This document shows, piece by piece, positions 35,622 through 48,655 of a stretch of 62,955 nt of DNA. The stretch is from the NCBI RefSeq assembly GCF_004010195.1, contig NC_057711.1:74220870-74283824 (forward strand). The letters run 5' to 3'. The notes beneath the pieces were generated by a model. It was not told where the DNA came from and made no database searches. It worked only from the letters and a program-made list of their open reading frames with translations. Every line of letters starts with the position of its first letter. Position 1 is the stretch's first letter. The translations under genes and the position numbers were made by a program. The stretch is from Chiloscyllium plagiosum. Its lineage: Eukaryota.

Positions 35622-35758
35622 GTACTTCCAAATAAACCTGTTGGACTATCACCTAGTGTTGTGTGATTTTTAACTATTTTTGCTTGGGTCACCAACACAC
35701 TTTTGCTTTTAACCACCACCCCTTTATTCATCAAATCTCTCCTGCATTCCATTGCATA
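35622..35758. repeat. Inverted duplicate of 34459-34594
   Basis: Reverse complement match spanning the PLE-arm/flank junction (…GATTTTTAACT|ATTTT…CTTGGGTCACC…CATTCCATTGCATA). Confidence 0.9.
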
Positions 35759-35852
35759 ACTTTTATTTCAAAAAAATAAAAGTGGCTAAATTGTCCTTGG
35801 TCTGCATAATGTGGAGACATTGTAATAGCATTTTAAAAAAACATTTTACATT

Positions 35853-36531
35853 GTGGTGTCATGGAACTAGAGTGAACTAGTTCTGTAGCCTCAATCTTAA
35901 TAGTGTCTGTCATAGGTTATTTGACTCTAATTCTAGATATTTTCCAATCCAACTGTTCAGAGATGTTATTATACATCTGCACTGTTATTAATGTGTGATT
36001 TCTCGGACATCTAACTCTGAAGCAAGTGAATCTTCAATCCAGGTCTTCTGGCTTAGAAGTAGGGACACTGCTGATGTACCACAAGAGCCCCTTGTAAGAG
36101 CAAATAGATATTTTATAATCAACTTGTTCATAAATATTATTACATGCCTTTGGAGCAGGTGGAATTTGATCTGGGTGTCCTGACTCAGAAGTAGGGCACT
36201 ATCACTGTGTCCTAAGAGCCCCTTTAAAAGCAAATACAATGTTTTCAAATCAACCTGTTCCGAGATGTGGAACTTGAACCTTGGTTTCCTGGTTCAGAGG
36301 TAGGGACACTATACTGTCAAAAAAGCTCCTATAACAGCAAATATGGCATATCTCTGCACATGGAACCTGTTTCATCTCAACAAAATAGAACAGACAATTG
36401 TTAGTTCGTTTCTCAGACCATGCCCTGACCAATCAGGATCAACCAAACTAGTTTAAAATTTAAACAAAATCTTGACAGGTAACAGTCTAATCGTAATTAA
36501 TTGTTGCATTCTCCATGGCCGCTATTTTCAT
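35853..36531 (-). mobile_element. Candidate non-autonomous element carrying three head-to-tail tRNA-like units
   Basis: Units at ~35934-36090, 36105-36221 and 36235-36329. Minus-strand GGGCTCTTGTGGTAC... heads and B box GGTTCAAGTTCC. Flanking direct repeat AACATTT(T)ACATT at 35840-52 and 36532-43. Confidence 0.6.
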
Positions 36532-37094
36532 AACATTTACATTCACAACCCCTATTTACAAACGGGGGCAAACTGTGAAAATTCAATCACTTTTCCATGT
36601 GACCTGAAAGTCCCATATGAGCCAGCCACCATGAGTAAGAGTTACCAGCACCCTCTCACAGACAGGAACTGAATATTCTCCAAGTAATATAGCAATATGT
36701 TAAATTTGGAAGAGAAGATAATTAAAAAAGAGCTGGTCAAAATGATGCATCAGTTCTGATGCTCCTAGTCAAATTGTCGAATTATCCATTTAACTGGCAT
36801 AAATGTTGAAAAGATTGATATGTGAGTTGCGTCTTTCTAATTTCTTGTGGTTAATTTCCAATTAAAGTGCAGCACAGTGGAGTGTCACACAGGGACATGG
36901 TACAAGTGTCAGAATAAACAATTGGGTCAAGTCAAATATTGAGTATAGACATGTTTGCAGAAATGTCATCAGTTAGGATGGAAATTTAGATGTTCTTATG
37001 ATTATTTACCTTTCGTATTACATTCTTGAGGTACATTTGGTTAATTTATTAGGTTGTAGATTAAATTCACATACACTAAGAACAATAGTCAAGA

Positions 37095-39106
37095 AGAGAA
37101 TAATGAGAGTGCAGTGACAGTATATTCCTGTTAGGGTGAAAGGAAAGGCTGGTAGGTATAGAGAATGCTGGATCATGAAAGAAATTGAGGGTTTGGTTAA
37201 CAAAAAGAAGGAAGCATATGTCAGGTATAGACAGGATAGATCGAGTCAATCCTGAGAAGAGTAAAAAAGATAGTAGGAGTATATTTAAGAGGGAAATCAG
37301 GAGGGCAAAAAGGGGACATGAAATAGCTTTGGAAAATAGGGTTAAGGAGAATCCAAAGGGTTTTTACAAATACATTAAGGACAAAAGGGTAACCAGGGAG
37401 AGAATAGGGCCCCTCAAAGATCAGCAAGGCACCCTTTGTGTGGAGCCATAGGATATGGGGGAGATACTAAATGAGTATTTTGCATCAGTATTTACTGTGG
37501 AAAAGGACATGGAAGATATTAAATGTAGGGAAATAGAGGAGGAAGTGCTGGATGTTTTGAAATACATAAAAGTGGAAAACGACCTGATCAAGTGTACTGT
37601 AGAACTCTGTGGAAGTTAGGGACGTGATTGCTGGGCCTCTTGCTGAGATATTTGTATCATCTATAGCCACAGGTGAGGTTCCGGAAGACTGGAAGTTGGC
37701 TAAAATGGTGCCACTATTTAAGTAAGGTGGTAAGGAAAAGTCATGGAATTATGGACCAGTGGGTCTGACCTCGGTGGTGGGCAATTTGTTGGAGGGAATC
37801 CTGAGGGACAGGATGTACATGTATTTAGAAAGGCAAGGACTGATTAGGGATAGTCAACATGACATTATGTGTGGGAAATCATGTCTTACAAACTTGATTG
37901 AGGTTTTTGAAGAAGTAACAAGGAGGATTAATAAGGGCAGAGTGGTAGACGTGATCTATAAGGACTTCAATAAAGTGTTCAACAAGATTCCCCATGGGAG
38001 ACTGGTTAACAAGGATCTGGTTAGATCTCATGGAATACGTGGAGAACTAGCCATTTGGATACAGAACTGGCTCAAAGGTGGTGGTGGAGGGTTGTTTTTC
38101 AGACTGGAGGCCTGTGACCAGTGGAGTGCCACAAGGATTGGTGCTGGGTCCACTACTTCTTGTTATTTTCATGAATGATTTTAATGTGAGCCAAAGAGGT
38201 ATATTTAGTAAGTTTGCAGATGACACCAAAATTGGAGGTGTAGTGGACAGCGAAGAAGGTTACCTCAGATTACAACAGGATCTTGATCAGATGGGTCAAT
38301 GGACTGAGGAGTGGCAGATGGAGTTTAATCTAGATGAACGCGAGGTGCTGCAGTTTGGGAAAGCAAATCTTAGCAAGACTTATACACTTAATGGTAGTGT
38401 CCTAGGGAGTGTTGCTGAACAAAGAGACCTTGGAATGCAGGTTCATAGCTCCTTGAAAGTAGAGTCGCAGGTAGATAGAAGGCATTTTGTATGCTTTCCT
38501 TTAGTGGTCAGAGTATTGAGTACAGGAGTTGGGAGGTCATGTTGTGGCTGTACAAGACATTGGTTAGGCCATTGTTGAAATATTGCATGCAATTTTGGTC
38601 TCCTTCCTGTCAGAAAGATGTTGTGAAACTTGAAAGGATTCAGGAAGGATTGGAGGATTTGAGCAATAGGGAGAGGCTGAATAGGCTGGGGCTGTTTTCC
38701 CTGGAGTGTCAGAAGCTGAGGGATAACCTTATAGAGGTTTATAAAATCATGAGGAGCACGGATAAGGTAAATAGACAAGGTCTTTCCCTTGGACTGGGGA
38801 AGTCCAGAACTAGAGGGCATTGTTTAGGGTGAAAGGGGCAAGATAAAAGAGTCCTAGGGGGCAACATTTTCACACAGAGGGTGGTGTGTGTGTGGAATGA
38901 GCCACCAGAGGAAGTGGTGAAGGCTTATACAATTGCAACATTTACAAGACATCTGGATGGATACTTGAATAGGAAGGGTTTGGAAGGGTTTGGGCTGTGT
39001 GCTGGCAGGTGGGACTAGATTGAGTTGGGATATCTGGTCAGCTTGGATGAGTTGGACTGAAGGGTCTGTTTCCATGCTGTACATTTCTATGATTCTCTGA
39101 CTCTAT
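37095..39106 (+). mobile_element. CR1 LINE (HER1-like), ORF2 linker to 3' tail
   Basis: ENPKGFYKYI, KSCLTNLIEVFEEVT, GVPQGLVLGPLL, KFADDTK, YKTLVRPLLKYC, and an 8-bp tail repeat. Confidence 0.95.
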
Positions 39107-39297
39107 AACAACTTATGGTGCTTCAGAATTACTGTTATAAGGCTGACTAATCCCTCTTCAGTTATGATTGAGTAAGCCATCATGAGGCACCATCATATTT
39201 TTTAGCCATTCTACAATATATACTATCTCAGTTTTAGAGTCATTCAAATACTTTTAAAAGCAAGACCCTGTGTCCCCATCAATCACAGTATGTCTTT

Positions 39298-40042
39298 TTA
39301 ATGGTAAAGCCCTAGAGAGTGTAGCTGAACAGAGAACTTGGAATGCAGGTTCATAGTTCCTTGAAAGTGGAGTTGCAGGTGGATAGGATAGTGAAGAAAG
39401 CATTTGATATGCTTTCCTTTATTGGTCAGAGTATTGAGTACAGGAGTTGGGAGGTTATGTTGTGGCTGTTCAGGACATTGGTTAGGCCACTTTTAGAATA
39501 TTGCATGCAATTCTGGTCTCCTTCCTATTGGAAAGATGTTGTGAAGCGTGAAAGGGTTCAGAAATGATTTACAAGGATGTTGCCAGGGTTGAAGGACTTG
39601 AGCTATAGGGAAAGGTTGAACAGGCTAGGACTGTTTTCCCTGGCATGTTGGAGGCTGAGGGGTGACCTTATAGAGGTTTACAAAATCATGAGGGGCATGG
39701 ATAAGATAAATAGACAAAGTCATTTCCCTGGGGTGGGAGGAGTCTAGAAATGGAGGGCATAGGTTTAGGGTGAGAGGGGAAAGATATAAAAGAGATCTAA
39801 GGGGCAAACTTTTCACCCAGAGTGTGGTAAGTGTATGGAATGAGCTGCCAGAGGAAGTGATGGAGATTAGTACAATTTCAACATTTTAAAAGACATCTGG
39901 ATGGGTATATGAATAGGAAGGATTTGGAGGGATATGGTCTGGGTGCTGGCAGGTGAGACTAGATAGGGTTGGGATATCTGGTCGGCATGGACAAGTTGCA
40001 CCGAAGGGTCTGTTTCCACGCTGTACATCTCTATGACTCTAT
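39298..40042 (+). mobile_element. CR1 3' fragment, same subfamily as 37095-39106
   Basis: QVHSSLKVELQVDRIVKKAF..., CTCTATGACTCTAT tail. Confidence 0.93.
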
Positions 40043-40499
40043 ATGCAGAATGTCTAGATAACTGAAAGTAATATCCATGGATACGAGCATAAAACATAAA
40101 GTAACATTATGTCTCCTCCAATGGAATCTATCAGTAACTGTTAGTTTTTTCTCCTTGCATGCAAGGCAAGTATATATTTATCTTTATTAGACCAAGAATT
40201 CCAGCTTCTGAATCAACAAGTGTTTTTATCCATAAAACTCTGCAATTGTTGGCTGCAAAATGGAAAATGACAGTGGACTGTCTACATAATTCTGTAATGG
40301 GTGGCTTCTGACTACTGAAATCTTCCTCAGAGAATTTCAGTCGTTCAGATTTCTCTGAAGTCTCAGATAATATGCCATCCAAAGGGACTGCCCCATGTTG
40401 GGATCTATCCTTTTGTCTGTGAACCAACAATGTAGCTATTCGGAAGCAAACTCAGAAATTGCTGTATCTCACACAATATCATTGGGACAAATAACTAAT

Positions 40500-40798
40500 T
40501 GATTAGATTACTTACTTACAGTGTGGAAACAGGCCGTTCAGCCCAATAAGTCTGCACTGACCCACCGAAGCGCAACCCACCCAGACCCATTCCCCTACAC
40601 CTAACACTATGGGCAATTTAGCATGGCCAATTCACCTAACCTGCACATTTTTGAATTGTGGGAGGAAACCAGAGCAAACCCACGCAGACAAGGGGAGAAT
40701 GTGCAAACTCCACACAGAGAGTCACCTGAGGTGGGAATTGAACCTGGGTCTCTGGCGCTGTAAGGCAGCAGTGCTAATCACTGAGCCACTGTGCCACC
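40500..40798 (-). mobile_element. HE1-like SINE
   Basis: Reverse complement of the head (B box GGTTCAATTCC), V-core and tail. Confidence 0.92.
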
Positions 40799-41076
40799 AA
40801 TCATCCATTTATGTATATTTCAGGGGCTGCCAATATTAATTGACCATTTCAACAAAAATTCCATGTACTTTCGGTGCATTTTGCCACAGTACCAATGTAA
40901 TCTGATTAATGCTCTTTCTAGTTGTAAAACTGAACAAGTTAAAAAATGTAGCACAGACTAAAAATACAGTGTTTGACTGGATGGTTCATTTAGTATAAGG
41001 AAAATTAGTTAATCCAACTCTTTTTTTTGCTTGTACTCTAATCTTATTGTTTGAAGTTTGCCTTTTGAAATCTAAA

Positions 41077-41167
41077 GTCGAGAGTGTGGTGCTGGAAAAG
41101 CACAGCAAGTCAAGCAGTATCCGAGGAGCAGGAGAATCGACGTTCCGAGAATAAGCCCTTCATCAGG
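41077..41167 (-). mobile_element. Solo PLE pLTR fragment (family A) ending at a hammerhead
   Basis: Minus strand CCTGATGA-A-GGGCTTATTCTC-GGAA-CGTC-GATTCTCCTGCTCC. Confidence 0.8.
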
Positions 41168-42329
41168 CACAAAATTTACAGTGGAAGACTGAGGGCCAAA
41201 ATAATTTTGTCATCCAGTAATATAAGAATTACTTCATTGGTCTTGTTATATTTAGATATTGCCATCCATACATAAAAGCACAGACCAAATGTTATTATCA
41301 AGTTTGAAATCTTTTGCAAAAGACAAGACGTATCATTATTTCAACTCCTATACCAAATAGCAGAACTAATTGTTATTCAGCACTGGTTAAGTTATGTCAC
41401 CTTATATAAAGAAAGAATTATTAGATACTAATTAACATTATTAGATCCTCTTCCTGCCATAATAGTTTCTTCACAAGATAATTAATTTCTATGAACCTGA
41501 ACAAAAATGGCTTGTTTAAAATGATTGAAAGTAATTTTTTAAAAGCTGTATTTTTTCTAAGAAAATAAAATTCTAACTTCCAGACAGATATTTGGTGTTA
41601 GTGATTAAAATTGGCAATTTGTATCAACTATAAATCTGTATGTTGAGGGCATAAATACCAAGATACTTAATTTTATCCGAGCCTATTTGGAAGAAAGATG
41701 TTAAAATACGAGTTTGCTCTGGATGTACTTTTATCTCAGCAGAACATATAGGACGAATAGTATTTACAATTCTAAATGATTTCAAGCAATAAACTCAAAA
41801 GCAAAATACTGTGTCTGAGAACAATGTGAGAATTTGTATTGTCTCCAACAGTTATACTCTGCAGCAAAGAATTAAGTTGAAGATAAATACTGAAGGAATG
41901 ACATGAAAAACAAGAATAGGAAGATTGGAGGTCCTGGTCAGCCTCTCACTTAGTGGAAGGAAAGTTGACTTTGTTAATATTACATTTTAATTGAGTCCAA
42001 TATGAATACCCCACAACCAATTGCTACCGATCCTATTGTGTACTACATTTCTATAAACTGCATAATTTCTGACTCAGGTTATCTGAGATCCAAGGCATTT
42101 GAGCCTACCAAACTTGATATTGAGGTCAATTATTTCAGACTAAAGTCTCTGTCCTGACTTTGCTTCCTTTTTTTGGCAGTGTTTGGCTTTAGACTTATTT
42201 TTCCTCAGTTTTTGCTTTCTAACACCAACTGTTCATCACTCTCACTTTCTTCAATACATCTTCTGTTTTTTCCTCATTTGGCCTATTAACACTCTTTTTA
42301 GCCCTGCATCATCTCTTCTTTTGTCATTT

Positions 42330-42702
42330 ATTTTATTTAATCATTGGATGTGGGCTTTGCTGGCTGGGCCAGCATTTATTGCCCATCCCTAATTGCCCAG
42401 AGGGAAGTTAATAGTCGCCCACTTTGCTGCGGGTCTGGAGTCACATGAAGTCCAGGTTGGGTAAGGATAGCAGATTTCTCTCCCTCAAGGACATTGGTGA
42501 ACCAAATGGCTTTTTCCTAATAATCAGCAATGGATTCCTGGTCATCATTAGACTCTTGATACCAGATTTTTATTGAATTCAAATTCTACCAATTGGTGTA
42601 ATTCAAAATCTCCTGTGGTGGAATTCAAACTCAGGTCCCCAGAACATTACCTGGGTCTCTGGTTTAATAGTCAAGTGATAATACTACTAAGCCATTGCCT
42701 CC
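42330..42702 (-). mobile_element. Older tRNA-derived SINE with a conserved central domain and ancient-LINE tail
   Basis: Minus strand GGAGGCAATGGCTTAGTAG head, GAGTTTGAATTCC B-box-like, and tail GGGATGGGCAATAAATGCTGGC...GCCCACATCC. Confidence 0.75.
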
Positions 42703-42767
42703 CCTCATTTAAACTCTCTGGTATTCCACACCTTGCCTTGATTCTTTTACTGACCTCTCCCGTTTTC

Positions 42768-45485
42768 AGAACATAAGGGTTAGCCATTTGGCCTGTATAG
42801 CTTATTCCATATTTCAATAAGATCACGACTGATCTTTTTCATGGATTCAGCTCCACTTAGCTGCCCTTTCACTGTAACCTTTAATTCCTCACCGGCTGCC
42901 ATTCTGAAAAAGAACCTTTTATCCCAACTCTCTGTCTTCTGTCAGACAGCCAATCTTCAATCCATCACCTCGAACATCATGGGCCCTCACCTTACTCAGC
43001 AGCCTCCTGTGAGGCACCCTTATCAAAGGCCTTTTGGAAGTCTAGATAGATATAATCCACTGGGTTTCCCTTGTCTAACCTACTTGTTACCTCTTCAAAG
43101 AATTCTAACAGGTTTGTCAGGCATGACTTCCCCTTACAAATGCTGATTCGTTCTAATCCGACCCTGCACTTCCAAGAAATTAGAAATCTCATTCTTAGCG
43201 ATGGATTCTAGAATTTTACCAATAACTGAGGTGAGGCTAATCAGCCTATAATTTTCCATCTTTTGTCTTGATTCTTTCTTGAATAAGGGGGTTACAACAG
43301 CGATTTTCCAATCATCTGGGACCTTCTCTGACTCCAGTGAGTTTTGAAAGATTACAACCAATGCCTTTGCTAGTACCACAGCGACCTCCCTTAGAAGTCT
43401 AGGATGTAGCCCATCGGGGTCAGGAGATTTATCAATTTTATCAATTTTAGCTTTTCTAGCACTTCCTCTTTTGTAATGGCTACCATACTCAACTCTGCCC
43501 CCTGACTCTCCTTAATTGTTGGGATATTACTCCTGTCTTCCACTGTGAAGACTGACGCAAAGTACTTATTAAGTTCTTCAGCTATTTCCTTATCTCCCAG
43601 CACTAGTCTTCCTGCAATAATTTGGAATGGCCCAATGTCTACTTTTGCCTCTCGTTTGGTACTTGTGTATTGAAAGAAACTTTTTCTATCATTTCTAATA
43701 TTACTGGCTAGCTTACCTTCATATTTGATCCTCTCCTTCCTTATTTCTCTCTTTGTTATCTTTGTTTTTGTAGTCTTCTCAATCTTCTGATTTCCCAGTG
43801 CTCTGGACCACTTTGTAGGCTCTCCCTTTTTTGATACATTTCCTGACTTCCTTTGTCAGCCATGGCTGTTTAATCCCCCCAGATAATCTTTCGGTTCTCT
43901 GTATTGTGTCCTCAATTACACCATGGAACTCCTGCCATTGTTGCTCTACTGTCTTCCCTGCTAGGCTCTGCATCCAGTCAATTTTTGTCAGTTCCTCTCT
44001 CATGCCCCTGTAATTATTTTTATTTAACTGTAACACCAGATTGAGGGGGATTTAGTGGTTTGGATTTGCGGATGACACTAAAGTCGGTGGAGTTGTAGAT
44101 AATGCAGGTTCCAGAGGGACATAGATAAGCTGCAGGCTGAGAGGTGGCAAATGGAGTTTAATGCAGAAAAGTGTGAGGTGGTTCACTTTGGAAGGAGCAG
44201 CAGGAATAAAGAGTACTGGGATAATGGTAAGTTTCTTGGCGGTGTAGATGAGCAAAGAGACCTTGGTGTCCATTTACATAGATCCCTGAAAGTTGTCACC
44301 CAGGTTGATAGGGTTGTTAAGAAGGCATAAGGGATATTACCTTTAATTGGTCGAAGGATTGAGTTTCAGAGCCATGAGGTCATGTTGCAACTGTACAAAA
44401 CTCTGGTGCAGCCTCACTTGGACTATTGTGTACAGTTCTGGTCCTTGCATTATAAGAAGGATGAGGAAGCTTTGGAAAAGGTTCAGAGGAGATTTACTAG
44501 TATGTTGCCTGGTATGAAGGGAAGGTCTTATGAGGAAATGCTGAGGGACTTGTGGCTGTTTTGTTAGAGAGAAAAAGGTTGAGAATTGACTGAATTGAGA
44601 CATATAATATAATCAGAAGGTTTGATAGGGTGGACAGGGACAGCCTTTTCCCTTGGATGGTGACGGCGAGCACGAGGGGACATAGCTTTAAATTGAGGGG
44701 TGATAGATATAGGACAGATGACAGATGTCTATTCTCAGAGAGTATTTCGGGTGTGGAATGCACTGCCTGCAACAGTAGTAACTCGCCAACTTTAAGGGCA
44801 TTTAAATGGTCATTGGATTACCATATGGATGAAAATGGTATAGTGTAGGATAGACGGGCTTCAGATTGGTTCCTCAGGTCGGCGCAACATCAAGGGCCGA
44901 AGGGTCTGTACTGCACTGTAATGTTCTATGTTCTATGTTCTTTACAGTTCGAAAATCTGTCAATCTTTGCCTTAAAATCATTTAGTGAGGTAGTCTCAAC
45001 AACTGCTTTCAGCAGGGAATTCCACAGATTCACAACTCTTTGGGTAAAGATGTTCCTCCTCAACTCAGTCCTAAATCTGCTCCCTTTTATTTTGAGGCCA
45101 TACCCCTATTTCTAGTTTCACCAGCCATTAGGAACAACCTCCCTGCTTCTATCTTACCTATGCATTTCATAATTTTATGTTTCTATAAAATCCTCCCCCC
45201 ATTCTTCTAAATACCAATGCGTATAGTCCCAGTTTACTCAATTTGTTCTCATAACTGCCTTCTCAACTCTAGAATCGACCTAGTGAATCTCCTCTGCACC
45301 CCCTCCAATGCCAGTACATCCTTTCTCAAATAAGGAGACCAAAACACCAAGTGTGGCCTTACCAGCATGCTTTATAGCGACAGCATAACCTCCCTGTTAT
45401 CAAACTCATGCCTCTAGCAATGAAGGACAATATTCGATTTGCCTTCTTAATTACTTGCTACACGTGCAAAATGTCATTTTGTGAT
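42768..45485 (-). mobile_element. CR1 minus-strand pieces (42768-42890 and 44941-45485 host; 42891-44037 internal RT segment)
   Basis: ORFs 42992-44036: KSCLTNLLEFFEEVT, PDDWKIAVVTPLFKK, ELNKYFASVFT. The 3' UTR rejoins across 42890/44941. Confidence 0.8.
44040..44940 (+). mobile_element. CR1 3' fragment
   Basis: FADDTKVGGVV, YKTLVQPHLDYCVQFWS, tail (ATGTTCT)n. Confidence 0.9.
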
Positions 45486-45553
45486 TTATTTTGCTTGGTT
45501 AGCACCTACTGCATTCCTAACTTTAAAAAAAAATAGTTGAAGCATTTTATATA

Positions 45554-45716
45554 CAGTCAGTTCTGCTATAACATGTGTTTCTTCAAAGTGAATTGGCTGT
45601 AATATAATTGAAAAATTTAGACCATTATTTGTAGAAGGTGAACTATCCTTAACTGTATTGGCTTTAACAGGGGATCACACAGGAATGGAACTATCACGTT
45701 ATATCAGAACAGACCG
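45554..45716. mobile_element. Tc1/mariner-pogo (Tigger-like) MITE, 163 bp
   Basis: TA at 45552-53 and 45717-18. TIR CAGTCAGTTCTGCTATAAC vs reverse complement CGGTCTGTTCTGATATAAC. Confidence 0.88.
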
Positions 45717-46550
45717 TAGGTAGCAGCGGTCCCATTTCAGGGCCAGAAGAAACGGATACAAATTGCTACAGATTATGTAGTCTATAGAAATTTCGTAGAC
45801 AATAGAATCAGTGACAATAGGTTGTGGGATATTCATATTATACTCAATTATGATGTAATACTAACAAGCTGATTAATTGGCTTCCACTGGGGCTACCGTT
45901 TTGATTAACAACAGCATAATGCTGCCATGAACTGCTGCCACTGTTAATGGTGTCCTTTGCTGAGATTGTACTTCTGGGTTGAAGTTGTAGTATCAATGAG
46001 TGTGTGCCTTCAAAGCCAGCTACATTGGATCTGGAGACATTCAGGTCAGTCAGGCACTGAAGAGGGTTTGCTGAAAGCAAGTCAACGCTGTTGCTGCAAA
46101 GGCAACAATTGTTATCAGCAGGGCTTTCCCACTCTCCTTGCCCACTACACGTCCCAGAGAGGCCTATGGAAGTTCTGTACGATTTACCTGACAATCTCCC
46201 CAGCAGCGTGCCCTTTAAGCACTGATAAAATGACAACTAGAGGCTGGAGGAGGCATGTGATTGTTTATTTAAGTGACTCAACTGTGCTTTCGGTAGACAC
46301 ACTGTCAGCTACCATTCCCACCACAGGCAGTGTGGTGGTGCCCTGAAAATGGCTGGCACAATACTTATCAACTTTCTGCACCATGTTAGCCCATTCCCAC
46401 CCCTCACCCTGTTCGCAAAATACGAGTAGGATTTGTCTCTAATTTTTTCACTCCACAGCTTCTGAAGACTTTTAACAATTTCTGCTTTTATTACTTTTGA
46501 AATGCTCAGCTCCAACAGGTTGACTTTCTCTTTTTTTAAACTAGATAAAT

Positions 46551-46768
46551 ATAGAGTCACCGTAGTCTCAACAGATTATATGACTGCTCTCTCATTAGTG
46601 AGATGACTCATGGTAGTTTAAAGAGAGATCATTAAGCCACAGGCAAGAGCAGAGGTTGAGAATGAGAGTTCTTCATCTAACATCAGCCTGCGCAGGACTT
46701 GAACTTACATTGTTTGCATCACTGTGTATTGTAAAGCAGTTGTACAGCTGACTGAGCTAACACCAACC
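46551..46768 (-). mobile_element. Degenerate tRNA-derived SINE (different family)
   Basis: Minus strand TTAGCTCAGTCAG (A-box-like) and AGTTCAAGTCC (B-box-like) at tRNA-like spacing. Confidence 0.6.
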
Positions 46769-47019
46769 AGCTTTCCTAACCATAGTGTATCATATAATTC
46801 TACTCACAAAATCTCAATTTTGTTTTGAATTTACATCAAGCTTCTGAAATATAAATTAGCATTTTTTTCACAAAAGTCTTAATTGTTTGCCACTCTATTA
46901 ATCATAATTAGAGTAAACAATTTTGATTTTACCTCAAAAAGCAACCTGTACGGAAAGCAATGCTAATTTATTACCAATTCAAAGCACAAAATTCAATTTT
47001 TGATACAGTAGTTTCATAT

Positions 47020-48300
47020 TTTAAAATCTAGTAATAAAAAGCTAGTATTAATTGAAGTGACCATGAAATGGTTAAATTGGCAAAATCACAATTGGGTCAC
47101 TAATGTGTAAGAAAAGAAACTTGCTATTCTTATTCTAACACCTACATCATTCCAGGGTAACATGATTTACTTTGAAGTGGTTTACCAAGCCCCTGAATTA
47201 TATTAAATCACTACAAAGAATAACAAGAATAAAACTTGATGCACAACCTCTGATCTAGGTATTGAATCAGATGAAAGCACACATCGACATATTGACCCTA
47301 CAAGGGAAATATTAATACTTATACTGTATTATGTAAAGTACAAGTGGCATTCTCATCGCACAACTCGCCACCTTCAACAAAAGGGAGTTTAAACTCTCCT
47401 CCTGACATTCAAAAGTATTACTACAGCTGAATCCCCACCATGAATATTCAGAGAATCCATGACCAGAAGCTTAACTGGACTAAACATCCAGTGATTGTAT
47501 CTAAAAGATCAGGTCCCGTGGTCTGTGGAGAGCTACTCAACTTATGATTCCTCAAAATCCTTCTAATAGTGACAAGGCACAAGTCAGGGATATGATGGAA
47601 TACTCTTCACTTTCTTAGATGAGTGTAACATTGTCCAGGACAAAACCACCTGCTCAGTTGGCATTCCTTTCATCACAGCCACACAGTGATGCACTGCTGC
47701 AATTTACCAAAGCTTCTTTGACAGCACCTTCCAAGCTCACTGATTACAATAAATGCATGGAAACACTACGTCCGGCAAGTTGCTTGCCAAGCACAGACCA
47801 TCAGCATATCTTCACTGTTACTGAGTTATAATCCTAACGTCCTCCCTAATAGAACCATGGGTCAATCTTCACCATATGTACTGCAGCAGTTCAGGAATGT
47901 GGCTTATCAACATTTTCTCAAAGAAGAAGTTTACTCTTTCTTGGGATATGGGCACTGCCAACATTTGTTGTCTATGTGTAATTTAAATGACTGTAGTCCA
48001 TTTGGTGTATGTGCACCCACAGTGATGTTATGAGAGAATTTTAACATAGTGACAGTGAAAGAACAACAATATAGTTTCAGGTCAGGATGGCGAGTGGCCT
48101 GTTGGGAGGGGTTCGATGGACTTTGTTGGTGGTAATGTTCTCATGCATCCTCTGACCTTCTTAGTGCTAGATGTCACCAGTTTGCAAGATGACATTGAAA
48201 GAGTTGCTGCAAATGACTTGTGTAGAGTGTACATACTGCTGCCACTGTGTGTTAGTGATGAAGGGCATGAATATTTAGCATAGTGGATGGAGTGATATAC
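47020..48300. mobile_element. Ancient LINE remnants, tail-to-tail (plus ~47020-47925, minus ~47935-48300)
   Basis: KAQVRDMMEYSSLS*MS (RT C-terminal motif) on plus, and tail-family sequence on minus. Confidence 0.55.
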
Positions 48301-48319
48301 TACAATTCCTCAGAGGTAA

Positions 48320-48655
48320 ATCAAATAGGGATGGAAAATGTGGATAGTCAGATGCTTTTTTCAATACGCAAATGTCAAATACTAGTCGGCATAGGTTCAA
48401 GGTGAGAGGGGAAAAGTGATGTGTGAGACACGTTTTTTTTACACAGAGAGTGATAGGTAGCTGTCAGAGGGAGGTGATAGAAGTAGATACTTTAGGAATG
48501 TTTACGAGGCATCTGGACAGACACATGAACAGTTGAGAAATAGAGGGATATGGACAATGTACAGGCAGATGGTATTAGTTTGAAATGGTATCACGGTCAG
48601 CACAGACATTATTGCTGAAGGGTCTGTTCCTGTGCTGTACAATTTAATGTTCTAT
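48320..48655 (+). mobile_element. CR1 3' end
   Basis: GCATAGGTTCAAGGTGAGAGGGG...GAAGGGTCTGTTCCTGTGCTGTAC...GTTCTATG. Confidence 0.8.

Noticed and set aside
35934..36329. Functional tRNA gene cluster (also 11532-12000 and SINE heads)
   Set aside because: Acceptor and anticodon stems do not pair properly, units are heavily diverged, and they carry fixed non-tRNA extensions.
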